Translations under genes and position numbers: made by a program
From: an uncultured Clostridium sp.
Lineage (GTDB): Bacteria; Bacillota; Clostridia; Oscillospirales; Acutalibacteraceae
DNA: 59,329 nucleotides
Direction of reading: 5' to 3'
NCBI GenBank assembly: GCA_964547575.1
Contig: CAZJOH010000002.1
Span: forward strand, 1-59,329
Notes under the pieces: generated by a model
The model's database searches: none
The model's input: the letters and a program-made list of their open reading frames with translations, nothing else
Told to the model about the DNA's origin: nothing
Shown: in pieces, positions 47,227-58,124 of the stretch
Position numbering within the stretch: position 1 is the first letter of the stretch
How the letters are laid out: each line of letters begins with the position of its first letter

Positions 47227-49971
47227 ATGTATATGAAATATATCGTTTATGAGTTCCTTAAAAAAGCGATTGCGGTTATAACCTCTGCTTTTATGGCGAT
47301 GACGGGCGGAATTTTTGCCGAAAAAGAGCCTGATGAGCCTGAAAGACCCGCAGCAAATTCCGTTACCGATTACAGCGAAGAAGATGCTGACTATTCACTG
47401 ACGGTTGATGTTGAGGACGAAATTCACGATATCAGCGATTTGCTTTTCGGTGTTTTCTTTGAGGATATCAACTTTGCCGCAGACGGCGGACTTTATGCCG
47501 AAATGGTGGTTAACCGCTCATTTGAATTTACCGAAATTGCAGTGAATGATGCTCTCTACGGCTGGAATACCGTCGGAGGTGCATCGGCAGAGGTCAAAGC
47601 AAATGCAGAGGATTCTCTCAATGCCAACAATCCGAATTATCTTGTGATTTCCAATAATTCCGATACTCCCGCAGGCATTGAAAATGTCGGCTTCCTTGAC
47701 GGAATGTCGATTGAAGAAAATGCAAAATATAATTTTTCTGTTTATGCTAAGGGGCTTGAAGGCTATAACGGCTCAGTTACCGTGCGCCTTTGCTCGGGCG
47801 GAGCTGCAGTTGCAGAGGGTAAAATCAATGCAATAACTTCTGAATGGCAGAAATATGAGCTTGAGCTTGTTTCGGGTAAAACGGATTTTGAAAACGCAAC
47901 CCTTCAGGTGCTTGCCGATAAGGGAAGTGTTGCGCTCGATATGATTTCTCTTTTCCCCGACGATACCTTCAAGGGCAGAGAAAACGGCATGAGAAAGGAC
48001 CTCGGCGAGATGCTCGAAGAGCTCCAACCTAAATTCCTGCGCTTTCCCGGTGGCTGTGCTATTGAGGGCTATGACTACGAAACTTTATACAACTGGAAAT
48101 ATTCAATCGGCACGGGCGATGACGGTCTGCCTCTTGAATTTAACGGCAAATACGGCGATGTTGCCGCAAGAAAGCAGGGGATAAATCTCTGGACAAATGT
48201 TGCCGCAACCGATGACCCTTATCCCTGCTTCATGACCTACGGGCTCGGCTTCTATGAGTATTTTCAGCTTGCAGAGGATATCGGCGCAGTAGGTGTTCCC
48301 GTTATCAACTGCGGAATTTACTGCCAGATGCGTGGCAGAGGTCCCGTTGATATGAACAGCGATGAGTTTAAGCAGTATGTTCAGGACATGCACGACCTCA
48401 TTGAATTCTGCCGTGGCGATGAAACCACAACATGGGGCAAGGTGCGTGTTTCTCTCGGACACGAAGAACCCTTTGAGCTTAAATATATCTGCATCGGCAA
48501 CGAGCAGGAGGGCGAGGTTTACTTTGAAAGATATCAGGTATTCCTTGATTCCTTCAATGAGGCTAAAGCCGAAAACCCCGAGCTTTATGAGGGCATTGAG
48601 CTTATCTATTCTTCAGGCGCATCCGACGGCACTCACGGCGATAATTACCTGAAATCCTATGAATATGCAAAAGAACAGCTCGGAGATTCCGATGTTGCCG
48701 AGGATTTTGCAGGTGCAACTGACCAGCATTATTATAATCAGCCCGAATGGTTTTTGCAGAATGCCGATTATTATGACGAGGATAATTATAAACGCTCCGT
48801 TGATGAAATGACGGACACAATCTACGGCGGCGGAATTCAGGTATTTCTCGGTGAATACGCCGCAAAATCCAACACTCTCAAAGCAGCGCTTGCAGAGGCG
48901 GCATATATGACGGGACTCGAAAGAAACGGCGATATAGTCCGTATGGCGGCTTATGCGCCCCTTTTCGGTAATCTCACGGCAACCCATTGGTCGCCCGACC
49001 TTATCTGGTTCAATAATCATCAGGCTACGGGTTCAATCAACTACTATGTTCAGAAGCTTTTCTCTGTAAATCAGGGCACAAAGCTCCTTTCCTCAACGCT
49101 TGACGGCGCAAAGGTTGAGCAGCAGCCCCTGAGCGGCAGAGTGGGTATCGGCACATGGTATACCTCTGCAGAGTTTGATAATGTAAAAATTGTTTCAAAC
49201 GAAACGGGAAGAACTCTCGGCTCGGATAAATTCTCGCTTCCCCTTAACTTCTGGTGGAACTGGGATAATGTTTATGACAGCAACGATTTTGAAATAAAGA
49301 ACGGCAAGCTTGTTCAGACGAATGTATGGATGCCTTATACCGAAACGGGCAAGGTTGCATATTTCGGTAATGAAGAGTGGAGCAATTATACCTACACCGT
49401 TGAGGCAACAAAGCTTGAAGGTGACGAAGGCTTCATTATTCCCTTTGCCGTTAAGGATGAGCAGAACTGCTGGTTCTGGAATATCGGCGGCTGGGGCAAC
49501 ACCATTTCATGCCTTCAGGAGATTGAAAACGGCGCAAAATCAAAAATGATTGAAACCGAAAAGCCCTGCACAATTGAAACGGGCAAAACCTACGAGCTTA
49601 AGGTTGTTGTTTCGGGCACAACCGTTAAATGCTATATCGATAATGTTCTCTATGTTGATTTTGATACCGCACACGAAGCGGAGGCAGAGGCTTATCAGGT
49701 TGTCAGCACAGATGAAAACGGCGATATCATCATAAAGCTTGTAAATGTTACCGAAACAAGCAAGGTTTTTGCAATTGACCTTAACGGTGCAGACGTAAAA
49801 GCTACTGCGGTTATCAATCAGGTTGCAGGCGACAGCCTTGCCAACGATAATATTCTCGGCGCAAAAGAGGACTGCATTATGGAGGAATTTACCGTAAACG
49901 GCGTTTCGGATAAATTTAACTACACCGCACCGCAGTATTCGGTAACCTGTATAAGACTGGAGAAGAACTGA
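47227..49971 (+). CDS. Secreted GH51 alpha-L-arabinofuranosidase with lectin-like insert
   Basis: FFEDINFAADGGLYAE, LRFPGGC, IGNE, GEYA, GLERNGD, YAPLF. Confidence 0.92.
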   Translation: MYMKYIVYEFLKKAIAVITSAFMAMTGGIFAEKEPDEPERPAANSVTDYSEEDADYSLTVDVEDEIHDISDLLFGVFFEDINFAADGGLYAEMVVNRSFEFTEIAVNDALYGWNTVGGASAEVKANAEDSLNANNPNYLVISNNSDTPAGIENVGFLDGMSIEENAKYNFSVYAKGLEGYNGSVTVRLCSGGAAVAEGKINAITSEWQKYELELVSGKTDFENATLQVLADKGSVALDMISLFPDDTFKGRENGMRKDLGEMLEELQPKFLRFPGGCAIEGYDYETLYNWKYSIGTGDDGLPLEFNGKYGDVAARKQGINLWTNVAATDDPYPCFMTYGLGFYEYFQLAEDIGAVGVPVINCGIYCQMRGRGPVDMNSDEFKQYVQDMHDLIEFCRGDETTTWGKVRVSLGHEEPFELKYICIGNEQEGEVYFERYQVFLDSFNEAKAENPELYEGIELIYSSGASDGTHGDNYLKSYEYAKEQLGDSDVAEDFAGATDQHYYNQPEWFLQNADYYDEDNYKRSVDEMTDTIYGGGIQVFLGEYAAKSNTLKAALAEAAYMTGLERNGDIVRMAAYAPLFGNLTATHWSPDLIWFNNHQATGSINYYVQKLFSVNQGTKLLSSTLDGAKVEQQPLSGRVGIGTWYTSAEFDNVKIVSNETGRTLGSDKFSLPLNFWWNWDNVYDSNDFEIKNGKLVQTNVWMPYTETGKVAYFGNEEWSNYTYTVEATKLEGDEGFIIPFAVKDEQNCWFWNIGGWGNTISCLQEIENGAKSKMIETEKPCTIETGKTYELKVVVSGTTVKCYIDNVLYVDFDTAHEAEAEAYQVVSTDENGDIIIKLVNVTETSKVFAIDLNGADVKATAVINQVAGDSLANDNILGAKEDCIMEEFTVNGVSDKFNYTAPQYSVTCIRLEKN

Positions 49972-49974
49972 TTT

Positions 49975-50472
49975 ATGGCTAAAATCTCCGGCTCATGGAG
50001 CGGTATGAGAAAATATCTTGAGCAGGAAATGCTTGCCGATTCCTTAAAAGAGAGAATTCAGTATTCCTGCACTTCATACCCCAATATGGATGAATGCAAG
50101 ATTTTTGAAATCCGTGTTGACGGAAAAACTATCAAAAGATTTTCAATGGAAACAGTTGCTTTCAGAGATAAGAGCAACGAAAAAGAAAAAGCATGGGGAA
50201 TTTATTGGCAGGAAAAGAATACTGTTCCCGTTGAAAACAAAACGGAATTTGATGATGAAGATTTTTGCAGTGCATTGAAAATCTACAGGGAATTGCCGAT
50301 AGAAAAATCAATTGAGCATGATAATCCGCTTGTAAGAATGTTTGCTGTTATTGACAGACGTGTGGGCAAACGCACTCTTGCGAAGATTTCCGAAACTATA
50401 GATAATCAACCCGAATGGCTTAAGGAATTGTATCTTTTAAGGATTAATGCAGAAAAATTAAATAGGGGCTGA
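49975..50472 (+). CDS. Conserved hypothetical protein (SF0329-like)
   Basis: WSGMRKYLE...LKERIQY...FAVIDRRVGKRTL. Confidence 0.65.
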   Translation: MAKISGSWSGMRKYLEQEMLADSLKERIQYSCTSYPNMDECKIFEIRVDGKTIKRFSMETVAFRDKSNEKEKAWGIYWQEKNTVPVENKTEFDDEDFCSALKIYRELPIEKSIEHDNPLVRMFAVIDRRVGKRTLAKISETIDNQPEWLKELYLLRINAEKLNRG

Positions 50473-50530
50473 TGTGCGCATCGGTCCCCAGCTGCTCCGT
50501 AACACTTAAAACTTTAAAATAATTAATTTC

Positions 50531-50643
50531 CAATCCTCCGTCATTGCTTACGCAATGCCACCTCCTTTGCCAAAGGAGGCTGATAAGCAGGAAGTTGATT
50601 TTGGGCTCCTTAGAAAAGGAGCTGTCCGTAGGACTGAGGATTG
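50531..50643. repeat. Inverted pair of REP-like palindromic elements
   Basis: 50531-50581 (reverse) and 50604-50643 both read CTCCT...AGGAG(G/C)TG...GAC(G/T)GAGGATTG. Confidence 0.65.
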
Positions 50644-50746
50644 ATTAATAAAATGCGTCACAGACCATTAATTGCGAATTTTGCATTGTGAATTACGAAT
50701 TAAAAACGGCTCGCACATCAAAGTGCAAGCCGTTTGCTTTTTTGTA

Positions 50747-52105
50747 TCAGTTTTTGAGGCTCTGCATGGGAGCAGGAATTCTTCCGCCTCTTGAAATGAA
50801 CTTTGCGGGAGAATATGTTGAAAGCGGCATAACGGGTCCGCTGCCTAAAAGTCCGCCGAAGCTCAATTCTTCGCCGACGGTTTTGCCGATTGCAGGGATA
50901 ACTCTGACCGCCGTTGTTTTGGAGTTTACCATACCGATTGCAGCTTCGTCAGCGATAATTGCCGAGATAACCTCTGCGGGAGTATCGCCGGGAATATTAA
51001 TCATATCAAGACCAACCGAGCAAACGGCAGTCATTGCTTCAAGCTTTGTGATGCTCAATGCACCGTTTCTTGCGGCATTAATCATGCCTGCATCTTCGGT
51101 AACGGGAATGAATGCGCCCGAAAGTCCGCCAACGTGCGATGAAGCCATAACGCCGCCTTTTTTAACCGCATCGTTGAGAAGTGCGAGCGCTGCGGTTGTG
51201 CCGTGGCATCCGCAAGCCTCAAGACCCATTTCCTCAAGAATATGTGCAACCGAGTCGCCGATTGCGGGAGTGGGTGCAAGGGAGAGGTCAACAATGCCGA
51301 AGGGCACGCCGAGCCTGCGTGAAGCTTCGGTTGCAACGAGCTGACCCATACGGGTGATTTTGAAGGCGGTTTTCTTGATGATATCCGCAACCTCGGTCAG
51401 ATCGCAGTCGCCTGCCTTTGAAAGAGCTGCTCTTACAACACCGGGACCCGAAACACCTACGTTGATAACGCAGTCGGGCTCGCCTGCACCGTGGAATGCG
51501 CCTGCCATGAACGGGTTATCCTCGGGAGCGTTGCAGAAAACAACAAGCTTTGCAGGGCCGATGCAATCTCTGTCCGCAGTAAGCTCTGCGCTCTTTCTTA
51601 CAACGTGACCCATCATTGCAACGGCATCCATGTTGATGCCCGTTTTTGTTGAACCTATGTTTACCGATGAACAGATGTGGTCGGTAACGCTCAGAGCCTC
51701 GGGGATAGCCTCAATAAGCTCTTTATCGCCGGGACCGAAGCCCTTCTGAACGAGAGCGGAGAAGCCGCCGAGAAAGTTAACACCGCAAGCAACAGCCGCC
51801 TTTTCAAGCGTTTTTGCAAGCTTTACTGCATCTTTATCCTCGCATGAAGCAAGAATCATTGCGGCAGGAGTTACCGAAATTCTTTTGTTGATAATGGGAA
51901 TACCGAATTCCTTTTCAATCTGCTCGCCCGTTGAAACAAGATTTCTGGCATAACGGGTTATTTTGTCGTAAACCCTTGCGCACATTGTATCAATATCGCT
52001 GTGGCAGCAGTCGAGAAGAGAAATTCCCATGGTTATGGTACGGACGTCAAGATGTTCGTCCTGGATCATGGTTATTGTTTCAAGAATATCTCTTGCGTTA
52101 AGCAT
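50747..52105 (-). CDS. DUF711/UPF0210 PFL-like protein
   Basis: [35 protein letters not shown]. Confidence 0.92.
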   Translation of the reverse strand: MLNARDILETITMIQDEHLDVRTITMGISLLDCCHSDIDTMCARVYDKITRYARNLVSTGEQIEKEFGIPIINKRISVTPAAMILASCEDKDAVKLAKTLEKAAVACGVNFLGGFSALVQKGFGPGDKELIEAIPEALSVTDHICSSVNIGSTKTGINMDAVAMMGHVVRKSAELTADRDCIGPAKLVVFCNAPEDNPFMAGAFHGAGEPDCVINVGVSGPGVVRAALSKAGDCDLTEVADIIKKTAFKITRMGQLVATEASRRLGVPFGIVDLSLAPTPAIGDSVAHILEEMGLEACGCHGTTAALALLNDAVKKGGVMASSHVGGLSGAFIPVTEDAGMINAARNGALSITKLEAMTAVCSVGLDMINIPGDTPAEVISAIIADEAAIGMVNSKTTAVRVIPAIGKTVGEELSFGGLLGSGPVMPLSTYSPAKFISRGGRIPAPMQSLKN

Positions 52106-52128
52106 AGTATTTCACCTCGGAATAAGCC

Positions 52129-52398
52129 TTATATGGTATGCATTGCGTTGAAAATGTCCTCGTGCATGGCATGGATTGAAAGACCCATATCAGCACCGAT
52201 TTTGCCGAGCATATCCGAAAATTCGGTGAAGGGGATATCCGATTTTGAGATATCAACCATCATTATCATCGCAAACATATCCTGAAGGATGGACTGTGTA
52301 ACTTCAAGAACGTTTATGTTATGGTTGCAGCATTCTGTTGAGATTTTTGCAAGAATACCGACCATATCTTTACCTATAACTGTTATAACTGCTCTCAT
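52129..52398 (-). CDS. ACT-domain protein (UPF0237)
   Basis: AVITVIGKD...HEDIFNAMH; usual partner of DUF711. Confidence 0.92.
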   Translation of the reverse strand: MRAVITVIGKDMVGILAKISTECCNHNINVLEVTQSILQDMFAMIMMVDISKSDIPFTEFSDMLGKIGADMGLSIHAMHEDIFNAMHTI

Positions 52399-52407
52399 AA
52401 TTGCCTC

Positions 52408-53010
52408 CTAAATGTCAAGTACCTCAATAATATCTTTTATAACAAAATCTGCGGCGGTTTCAACATTCTCTTTTCCGGTGAACAAACATCCGTATGTGCT
52501 TGCGTTCTTACCCGATAAAACATCGATTTCTCTGTCGCCTATCATAACTGTTTCGCTTCTGTCGAGATTATAGGTGTCGCAAATCCAGTTTACCGCATCG
52601 GGTGCAGGCTTTGAGGGGAATTTCATTGAAGAATCAACAAACGCCGTAAAAAACTTCGCCATGTCATATTTTTTGAGGTAGAACTGTGAGGATTCCAATC
52701 CTCTGTGGGTATATAAAAAATGCTTTTTGCCACTGTTGAACAGCGTTTCAAGCGTTTTATAAGTATTTTCAAAGGGAACGGCTATGGGTCGGAGCGTGTA
52801 GTTATGCTCATGCTCACGGAAAACTGCCCTTTCCTCATCGTTCACCTCATAACGCTCAAAGGCGTGAGCAAAGGTGATTTCCAGAAGTGCTTTTGCTTCA
52901 TCATAATCGGCGGTTTTGCCGAATTCGCCCAGAGCTTTGAGAAATGCCGATGTGATGTGAGGATAGCTGTCAAACAGCATGCCGTCAAAATCCCAGATAT
53001 AATTCTGCAT
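52408..53010 (-). CDS. HAD-family hydrolase
   Basis: WDFDGMLFDSY, KPAPD, MIGDREID; start reassigned to ATG 53010. Confidence 0.9.
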   Translation of the reverse strand: MQNYIWDFDGMLFDSYPHITSAFLKALGEFGKTADYDEAKALLEITFAHAFERYEVNDEERAVFREHEHNYTLRPIAVPFENTYKTLETLFNSGKKHFLYTHRGLESSQFYLKKYDMAKFFTAFVDSSMKFPSKPAPDAVNWICDTYNLDRSETVMIGDREIDVLSGKNASTYGCLFTGKENVETAADFVIKDIIEVLDI

Positions 53011-53011
53011 A

Positions 53012-54028
53012 TCAGTCACCGAAGCCGTTGGGGTTCTGCGACTGCCAGCGCCATGAATCCTCGCACATTTCGTCGATTCCTCTTGCTGCAACCCAGCCGA
53101 GCTCTTCCTTTGCCTTTGAGGGGTCGGAATAGCAGGTTGCAATGTCGCCGGGTCTGCGGGGTGCGATAACATAGTTAACGGGCTTGCCGCAAGCCTTTTC
53201 AAATGCCTTAACAACGTCAAGAACGCTGTAGCCGATGCCTGTTCCGAGGTTATAGGTGAAGCAGCCGTTTTCGCCGAGAATTTTTTCGACTGCCTTTATA
53301 TGACCGAGTGCAAGGTCAACAACATGGATATAGTCACGCACGCCCGTGCCGTCGGGGGTGGGGTAGTCGTTGCCGTTAACGTTGAGATGGTCGAGCTTTC
53401 CGATTGCAACCTGAGTGATATAAGGAACAAGGTTGTTGGGAATGCCGTTGGGGTCTTCGCCGATTCTTCCGCTCTTGTGTGCGCCGATGGGGTTGAAATA
53501 GCGAAGAAGGCAAACACTCCATTCGCTGTCCGAAGCACATACGTCCTTAAGAACCTTTTCTATGTAAAGCTTTGTTGTACCGTAAGGGTTTGTGGTCTTA
53601 CCCTCGGGCATATCCTCTTTAAGAGGGGAGATATTTTCACTGCCGTAAACTGTTGCCGATGAGCTGAAAACCATCTTTTTGCAGCCTGCATCCTTCATCG
53701 CCTCGCAAAGAGTAACGGTGCCGCCGATGTTGTTATCATAATAATCAAGGGGATTTGAAATGCTTTCGGGTACACACTTAAGACCTGCAAAGTGAATTAC
53801 CGCATCAATCTTATTTTCCGCAAAAACCTTGTCAAGACCCTCACGGTCACGGATATCGCATTCATAGAATTTAACATCCTTGCCTGTAATTTCTTTTATG
53901 CGTTTTATACTTTCGCTCTTGCTGTTGCAGAGATTATCGAGTATAATAGGTTCATAGCCCGCATTGAGAAGCTCTACGCAGGTGTGTGAACCGATGAATC
54001 CTGCACCGCCTGTAACAAGAATTGACAT
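53012..54028 (-). CDS. galE: UDP-glucose 4-epimerase
   Basis: GGAGFIGSHT, FSSSATVYG, YGTTK, LRYFNP, GVRDYIHV. Confidence 0.96.
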   Translation of the reverse strand: MSILVTGGAGFIGSHTCVELLNAGYEPIILDNLCNSKSESIKRIKEITGKDVKFYECDIRDREGLDKVFAENKIDAVIHFAGLKCVPESISNPLDYYDNNIGGTVTLCEAMKDAGCKKMVFSSSATVYGSENISPLKEDMPEGKTTNPYGTTKLYIEKVLKDVCASDSEWSVCLLRYFNPIGAHKSGRIGEDPNGIPNNLVPYITQVAIGKLDHLNVNGNDYPTPDGTGVRDYIHVVDLALGHIKAVEKILGENGCFTYNLGTGIGYSVLDVVKAFEKACGKPVNYVIAPRRPGDIATCYSDPSKAKEELGWVAARGIDEMCEDSWRWQSQNPNGFGD

Positions 54029-54119
54029 AAATATCCCTCCGAAAAAACTATCTAATGATATTATAAATATATTTCAACAAAAATCAACGGAAGTGTAAAC
54101 AATATTTTTGTAAAAGGAA

Positions 54120-54788
54120 GTGAGTTTTTTGTTCAGTTATGAAAAATTAAAGAAAGACGAAGAAATTTTAAGCTATATAGATGCAGCCAATAAGGTTCTC
54201 GGTCAGATAGGCTATACCGAGCACGGAGTTGCCCATGCGGTCAAAACAGGAACGGATGCAAGCATGATTCTCGAAAAGCTCGGTTATGATGAGAGAGAAT
54301 GTGAGCTTGCAAAAATTGCAGGTCTTATGCACGATATCGGCAACACAATAAACCGCACCGACCATGCGCAGAGCGGCGCATTTCTTGCATTTGAGCTTCT
54401 GCGTGCGAGAAGTTTTCCTGTTGATGAGGTTATCAAAATCGTAACGGCAATAGGCCACCACGACGAAAAAACCGCCGCACCCGTAACCCCGATTGCCGCC
54501 GCACTTATTCTTGCGGATAAAAGTGATGTCCGTACCTCGAGAGTCCGCAACAAGAAAACCGTGCATGACGATATCCATGACCGTGTAAATTATGCCGTTT
54601 TCAGCTCAAAGCTTGATATTGACAAAGAAAAAAGCATGATTTCACTCACTCTTAAGATCGATACCCTTATCTGCCCCGTTATGGAATACTTTGAAATATT
54701 CCTTGACAGAATGGTGCTCTGCAAAAAATCCGCAGAATTTTTCGGCTGCGATTTTGAGCTTATTATTAATGATACGAGGTTGCTGTGA
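54120..54788 (+). CDS. HD-domain phosphohydrolase
   Basis: GYTEHG...H, MHDIGN, LADKSDVR. Confidence 0.88.
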   Translation: MSFLFSYEKLKKDEEILSYIDAANKVLGQIGYTEHGVAHAVKTGTDASMILEKLGYDERECELAKIAGLMHDIGNTINRTDHAQSGAFLAFELLRARSFPVDEVIKIVTAIGHHDEKTAAPVTPIAAALILADKSDVRTSRVRNKKTVHDDIHDRVNYAVFSSKLDIDKEKSMISLTLKIDTLICPVMEYFEIFLDRMVLCKKSAEFFGCDFELIINDTRLL

Positions 54789-55657
54789 TGTATAATTTAA
54801 CCGATGTTTCAACAATCAAAGATATACTTGCCCGCCACGGCTTTCATTTTTCCAAGGCGCTCGGTCAGAATTTTATTATAAATCCTTCAATTTGCCCCCG
54901 TATGGCAGAGGAAAGCGGTATTGACGAAAACTGCGGCGTTATCGAAATCGGCGCAGGTATAGGCGTACTTACAGCCGAGCTTGCAAAGAGAGCCAAAAAG
55001 GTGGTCGTTATCGAAATCGATACAAAGCTTCTGCCGATTCTTGACGAAACACTTAAGAATTTTGATAATATCGAGATTATCAATCAGGATGTGCTGAAAA
55101 CAGACCTTGCCGCACTTATCAAAGAAAAATTTGACGGCATGCCCGTTTATGTATGTGCAAATCTGCCGTATTACATAACTTCGCCCGTAATAATGACGCT
55201 TCTTGAAAGCAGATTACCGATTGAAGCAATAACCGTTATGGTGCAGAAGGAAGCGGCACAAAGACTTTGCGCACCCGTAGGCAGCAGACTTTCAGGTGCT
55301 GTTACGGTTGCGGTTGACTATTATGCAAAGGCTGAAAAGCTTTTTGATGTTTCAGCAGGCTCGTTTATGCCCGCACCTAAGGTTGACAGCAGCGTTATCC
55401 GCATGGAAATACGCAAGACACCCGAAATTGAAATAACAAACGAAGAATTATTCTTCAAAATGGTTCATGCAGCATTCGGTCAGAGAAGAAAAACCGCATC
55501 GAATTCAATAAGTGCAGGCTCCGGAATACCCAAGGATATCGTTATAAAAGCAATTGAAGAATGCGGATTCCCGCCTGCCGTAAGAGCCGAAGGACTGACC
55601 ATGCAGGAATTGGCGAATCTGAGCGAAAAAATAGGCGAATTGCTGAAAAACCATTAA
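54788..55657 (+). CDS. rsmA: 16S rRNA adenine dimethyltransferase
   Basis: KALGQNF, EIGAGIG, ANLPYYIT, VMVQKE, FGQRRKT. Confidence 0.95.
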   Translation: MYNLTDVSTIKDILARHGFHFSKALGQNFIINPSICPRMAEESGIDENCGVIEIGAGIGVLTAELAKRAKKVVVIEIDTKLLPILDETLKNFDNIEIINQDVLKTDLAALIKEKFDGMPVYVCANLPYYITSPVIMTLLESRLPIEAITVMVQKEAAQRLCAPVGSRLSGAVTVAVDYYAKAEKLFDVSAGSFMPAPKVDSSVIRMEIRKTPEIEITNEELFFKMVHAAFGQRRKTASNSISAGSGIPKDIVIKAIEECGFPPAVRAEGLTMQELANLSEKIGELLKNH

Positions 55658-55776
55658 TTTTTTCTTGACAAATTTGACATATTGACTTAATATATAGAGT
55701 ATAAAAGCATCGCTCCGATACGCATTTGAATATCGGAGCTTTTGTTTTTTCGGAAAAAATAAGTGGAGGTATTCTA

Positions 55777-57573
55777 ATGACAAACAAGAGAAAGCTTGCG
55801 GCAATTTGTATTGTTATTGCCCTTCTCGGTGCAATGTTCAGCACATTTGCATTTGCCGCAGAGGAAGCAGTTCTTCTTTCTGCTCCCACAGAAACAGCAT
55901 TTTCCGTTGATGTTGACGGCGAAATCTATGAGTACGACCTCGCAGACGGCGATTCGGCTCACGAATATGTTGACAATTATGCGGACAACCTTACAAACGA
56001 TGCGGGCTTCAAGGCTCATATCGAAACAGCAATTGCAAAGGTTCGTGAGAGCATAGGTAAGTATGCAACAATATGGGCACTTGTTCCCCCGGTAATCGCA
56101 ATTGTTCTTGCACTTATCACAAAGGAAGTTTATTCTTCACTCTTTATCGGTATTATTGCAGGCGGCTTTATTTTTGCAGGCGGCAATTTTGAAACAGCTG
56201 TAAACCATGTTCTTTTCGACGGCTTCGTTGCAAGTCTTTCGGACAGCTACAACATGGGTATCATCATTTTCCTTGTTCTTCTCGGAATGCTTGTTTCTCT
56301 TATGAACAAGGCAGGCGGCTCGGCAGCTTTCGGGCGCTGGGCATCAAAGCACATCAAATCAAGAACAGGCGCACAGCTTGCAACAATCCTTCTTGGCTGC
56401 CTCATCTTTATTGACGACTACTTTAACTGTCTTACAGTTGGTTCTGTTATGCGTCCTGTATGCTACGAAAAGAAGGTTTCGAGAGCAAAGCTTTCATACC
56501 TTATCGACGCAACGGCAGCTCCCGTTTGCATCATTGCTCCCATTTCTTCATGGGCAGCGGCGGTTGCAGGCTTTGCAAGAGGCGCAGGCGCAGAGAGCGG
56601 CATCAGCCTTTTTGTTCAGGCTATTCCCTATAACTTCTACGCTCTTTTCACCATTCTTATGATGGTTGTTATCGCAGTTGCAAAAATTGATTACGGCCCG
56701 ATGAAGCTTCATGAGAAGAACGCAATCGAAAAAGGAGATATCTTCACAAGCGGTGACCGTGTTGAAAATGACGATGCAGCAGCTAACCCCAAGGGTAAGG
56801 TTCTTGACCTTGTTCTTCCCGTTGTTGTTCTTATCATCACCTGCGTTATCGGCATGATTTATTCAGGCGGATTCTTCAGCGGCGAAAGCTTCATTGATTC
56901 ATTCTCGAATTCCGATGCATCCGTAGGTCTTGTTATCGGCTCTGCAATCGCAATTGTGTTTGCTATTGTTTATTTCCTTATCAGAAGAGTTATCACCTTC
57001 AAGGATATCATGGCTTCTCTTCCCGACGGCTTCAAGGCTATGGTTCCCGCTATCCTTATCCTCACCTGCGCATGGACTCTTAAGGCTATGACAGACAGCC
57101 TCGGCGCAAAGATTTATATTTCACAGCTTGTTGAAGGCAGCGCAGGCGCACTCCAGGCACTTCTTCCCGCTATCATCTTCCTTATTGCCGTAGGTCTTTC
57201 CTTTGCAACAGGTACATCATGGGGCACATTCGGTATCCTCATTCCCATCGTACTCAGCGTATTTGAGGCAACCAATCCTCTCATGATAGTTTCCATTTCG
57301 GCATGTATGGCAGGCGCAGTTTGCGGCGACCACTGCTCACCCATTTCCGACACAACAATCATGGCTTCCGCAGGTGCACAGTGCAACCATATCAACCACG
57401 TTTCAACCCAGCTTCCCTATGCATTTACAGTTGCGGGTATTTCATTCGTAACCTATATTATTGCAGGCCTTCTTGCAAAGTCGGGTCTTGCAATCGTTGC
57501 TCTTCCCATCGGTATTGTTCTCACAATCGCAACACTTCTTATTATCAGGAGTGCCTCAAAGAAAAAGGCATAA
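55777..57573 (+). CDS. NhaC-family antiporter-like transporter (possible amino-acid transporter)
   Basis: FIDDYFN, DATAAP, ATGTSWGTF, GDHCSPISDTT; multiple hydrophobic segments. Confidence 0.9.
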   Translation: MTNKRKLAAICIVIALLGAMFSTFAFAAEEAVLLSAPTETAFSVDVDGEIYEYDLADGDSAHEYVDNYADNLTNDAGFKAHIETAIAKVRESIGKYATIWALVPPVIAIVLALITKEVYSSLFIGIIAGGFIFAGGNFETAVNHVLFDGFVASLSDSYNMGIIIFLVLLGMLVSLMNKAGGSAAFGRWASKHIKSRTGAQLATILLGCLIFIDDYFNCLTVGSVMRPVCYEKKVSRAKLSYLIDATAAPVCIIAPISSWAAAVAGFARGAGAESGISLFVQAIPYNFYALFTILMMVVIAVAKIDYGPMKLHEKNAIEKGDIFTSGDRVENDDAAANPKGKVLDLVLPVVVLIITCVIGMIYSGGFFSGESFIDSFSNSDASVGLVIGSAIAIVFAIVYFLIRRVITFKDIMASLPDGFKAMVPAILILTCAWTLKAMTDSLGAKIYISQLVEGSAGALQALLPAIIFLIAVGLSFATGTSWGTFGILIPIVLSVFEATNPLMIVSISACMAGAVCGDHCSPISDTTIMASAGAQCNHINHVSTQLPYAFTVAGISFVTYIIAGLLAKSGLAIVALPIGIVLTIATLLIIRSASKKKA

Positions 57574-57603
57574 TTTCTGCGTAGGTTGAATTGAATAAAG
57601 ATG

Positions 57604-57632
57604 AAAGCCTTCCGTTCCGACGGAAGGCTTTT
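57604..57632. terminator. Bidirectional terminator
   Basis: AAAGCCTTCCGT-tccg-ACGGAAGGCTTTTT. Confidence 0.85.
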
Positions 57633-57637
57633 TGAAT

Positions 57638-58102
57638 TTATTCTGTGAAGTATGAGTTGATTATATCAGGGATATCTTCAAGTGCGGGTAGATAAAGATA
57701 AACTAATTCTGATTCCCCGCTATAACCTCCCCAAAGCTTATCATAGTATATGTATAATGTTTTTTCAACGAATCCATATGAAGGTTCTTCTTCATCATAA
57801 TATTCCCAAATTCTTGCTGAAAAATTACCGGCAGTATACAACCCATCGTTTTTTGAAACAGTCAGAATTTCTTTTTCACCGTCGGGATATGTGATTAAAA
57901 GAACAGTTTCTTCAATTTCAGGCTCGAAATCACCTGTTGAAATAAGGTTTGTAAGCGGTGAATAGAGAATTTTAACATCTACCATTTCTATAACTCCGCC
58001 GCAGGGAAACTCGGGCTCATCTTCATGGGAAGCACTGACATAAACTGTCATGAAAGAAACAAGTAACAGTAAAGTGGTTAGAATACAACAAATTTTTTTT
58101 AT
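57638..58102 (-). CDS. Secreted hypothetical protein (apparent ATA start)
   Basis: In-frame extension IKKICCILTTLLLLVSF upstream of ATG 58051, preceded by RBS GAGGA. Confidence 0.55.
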   Translation of the reverse strand: MKKICCILTTLLLLVSFMTVYVSASHEDEPEFPCGGVIEMVDVKILYSPLTNLISTGDFEPEIEETVLLITYPDGEKEILTVSKNDGLYTAGNFSARIWEYYDEEEPSYGFVEKTLYIYYDKLWGGYSGESELVYLYLPALEDIPDIINSYFTE

Positions 58103-58124
58103 GTTATTTTCCTCGTTTTAATTT

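Noticed and set aside
55660..55776. Lysine riboswitch or T-box upstream of the NhaC-family transporter
   Set aside because: The intergenic space is too short and lacks the conserved aptamer or T-box sequence.
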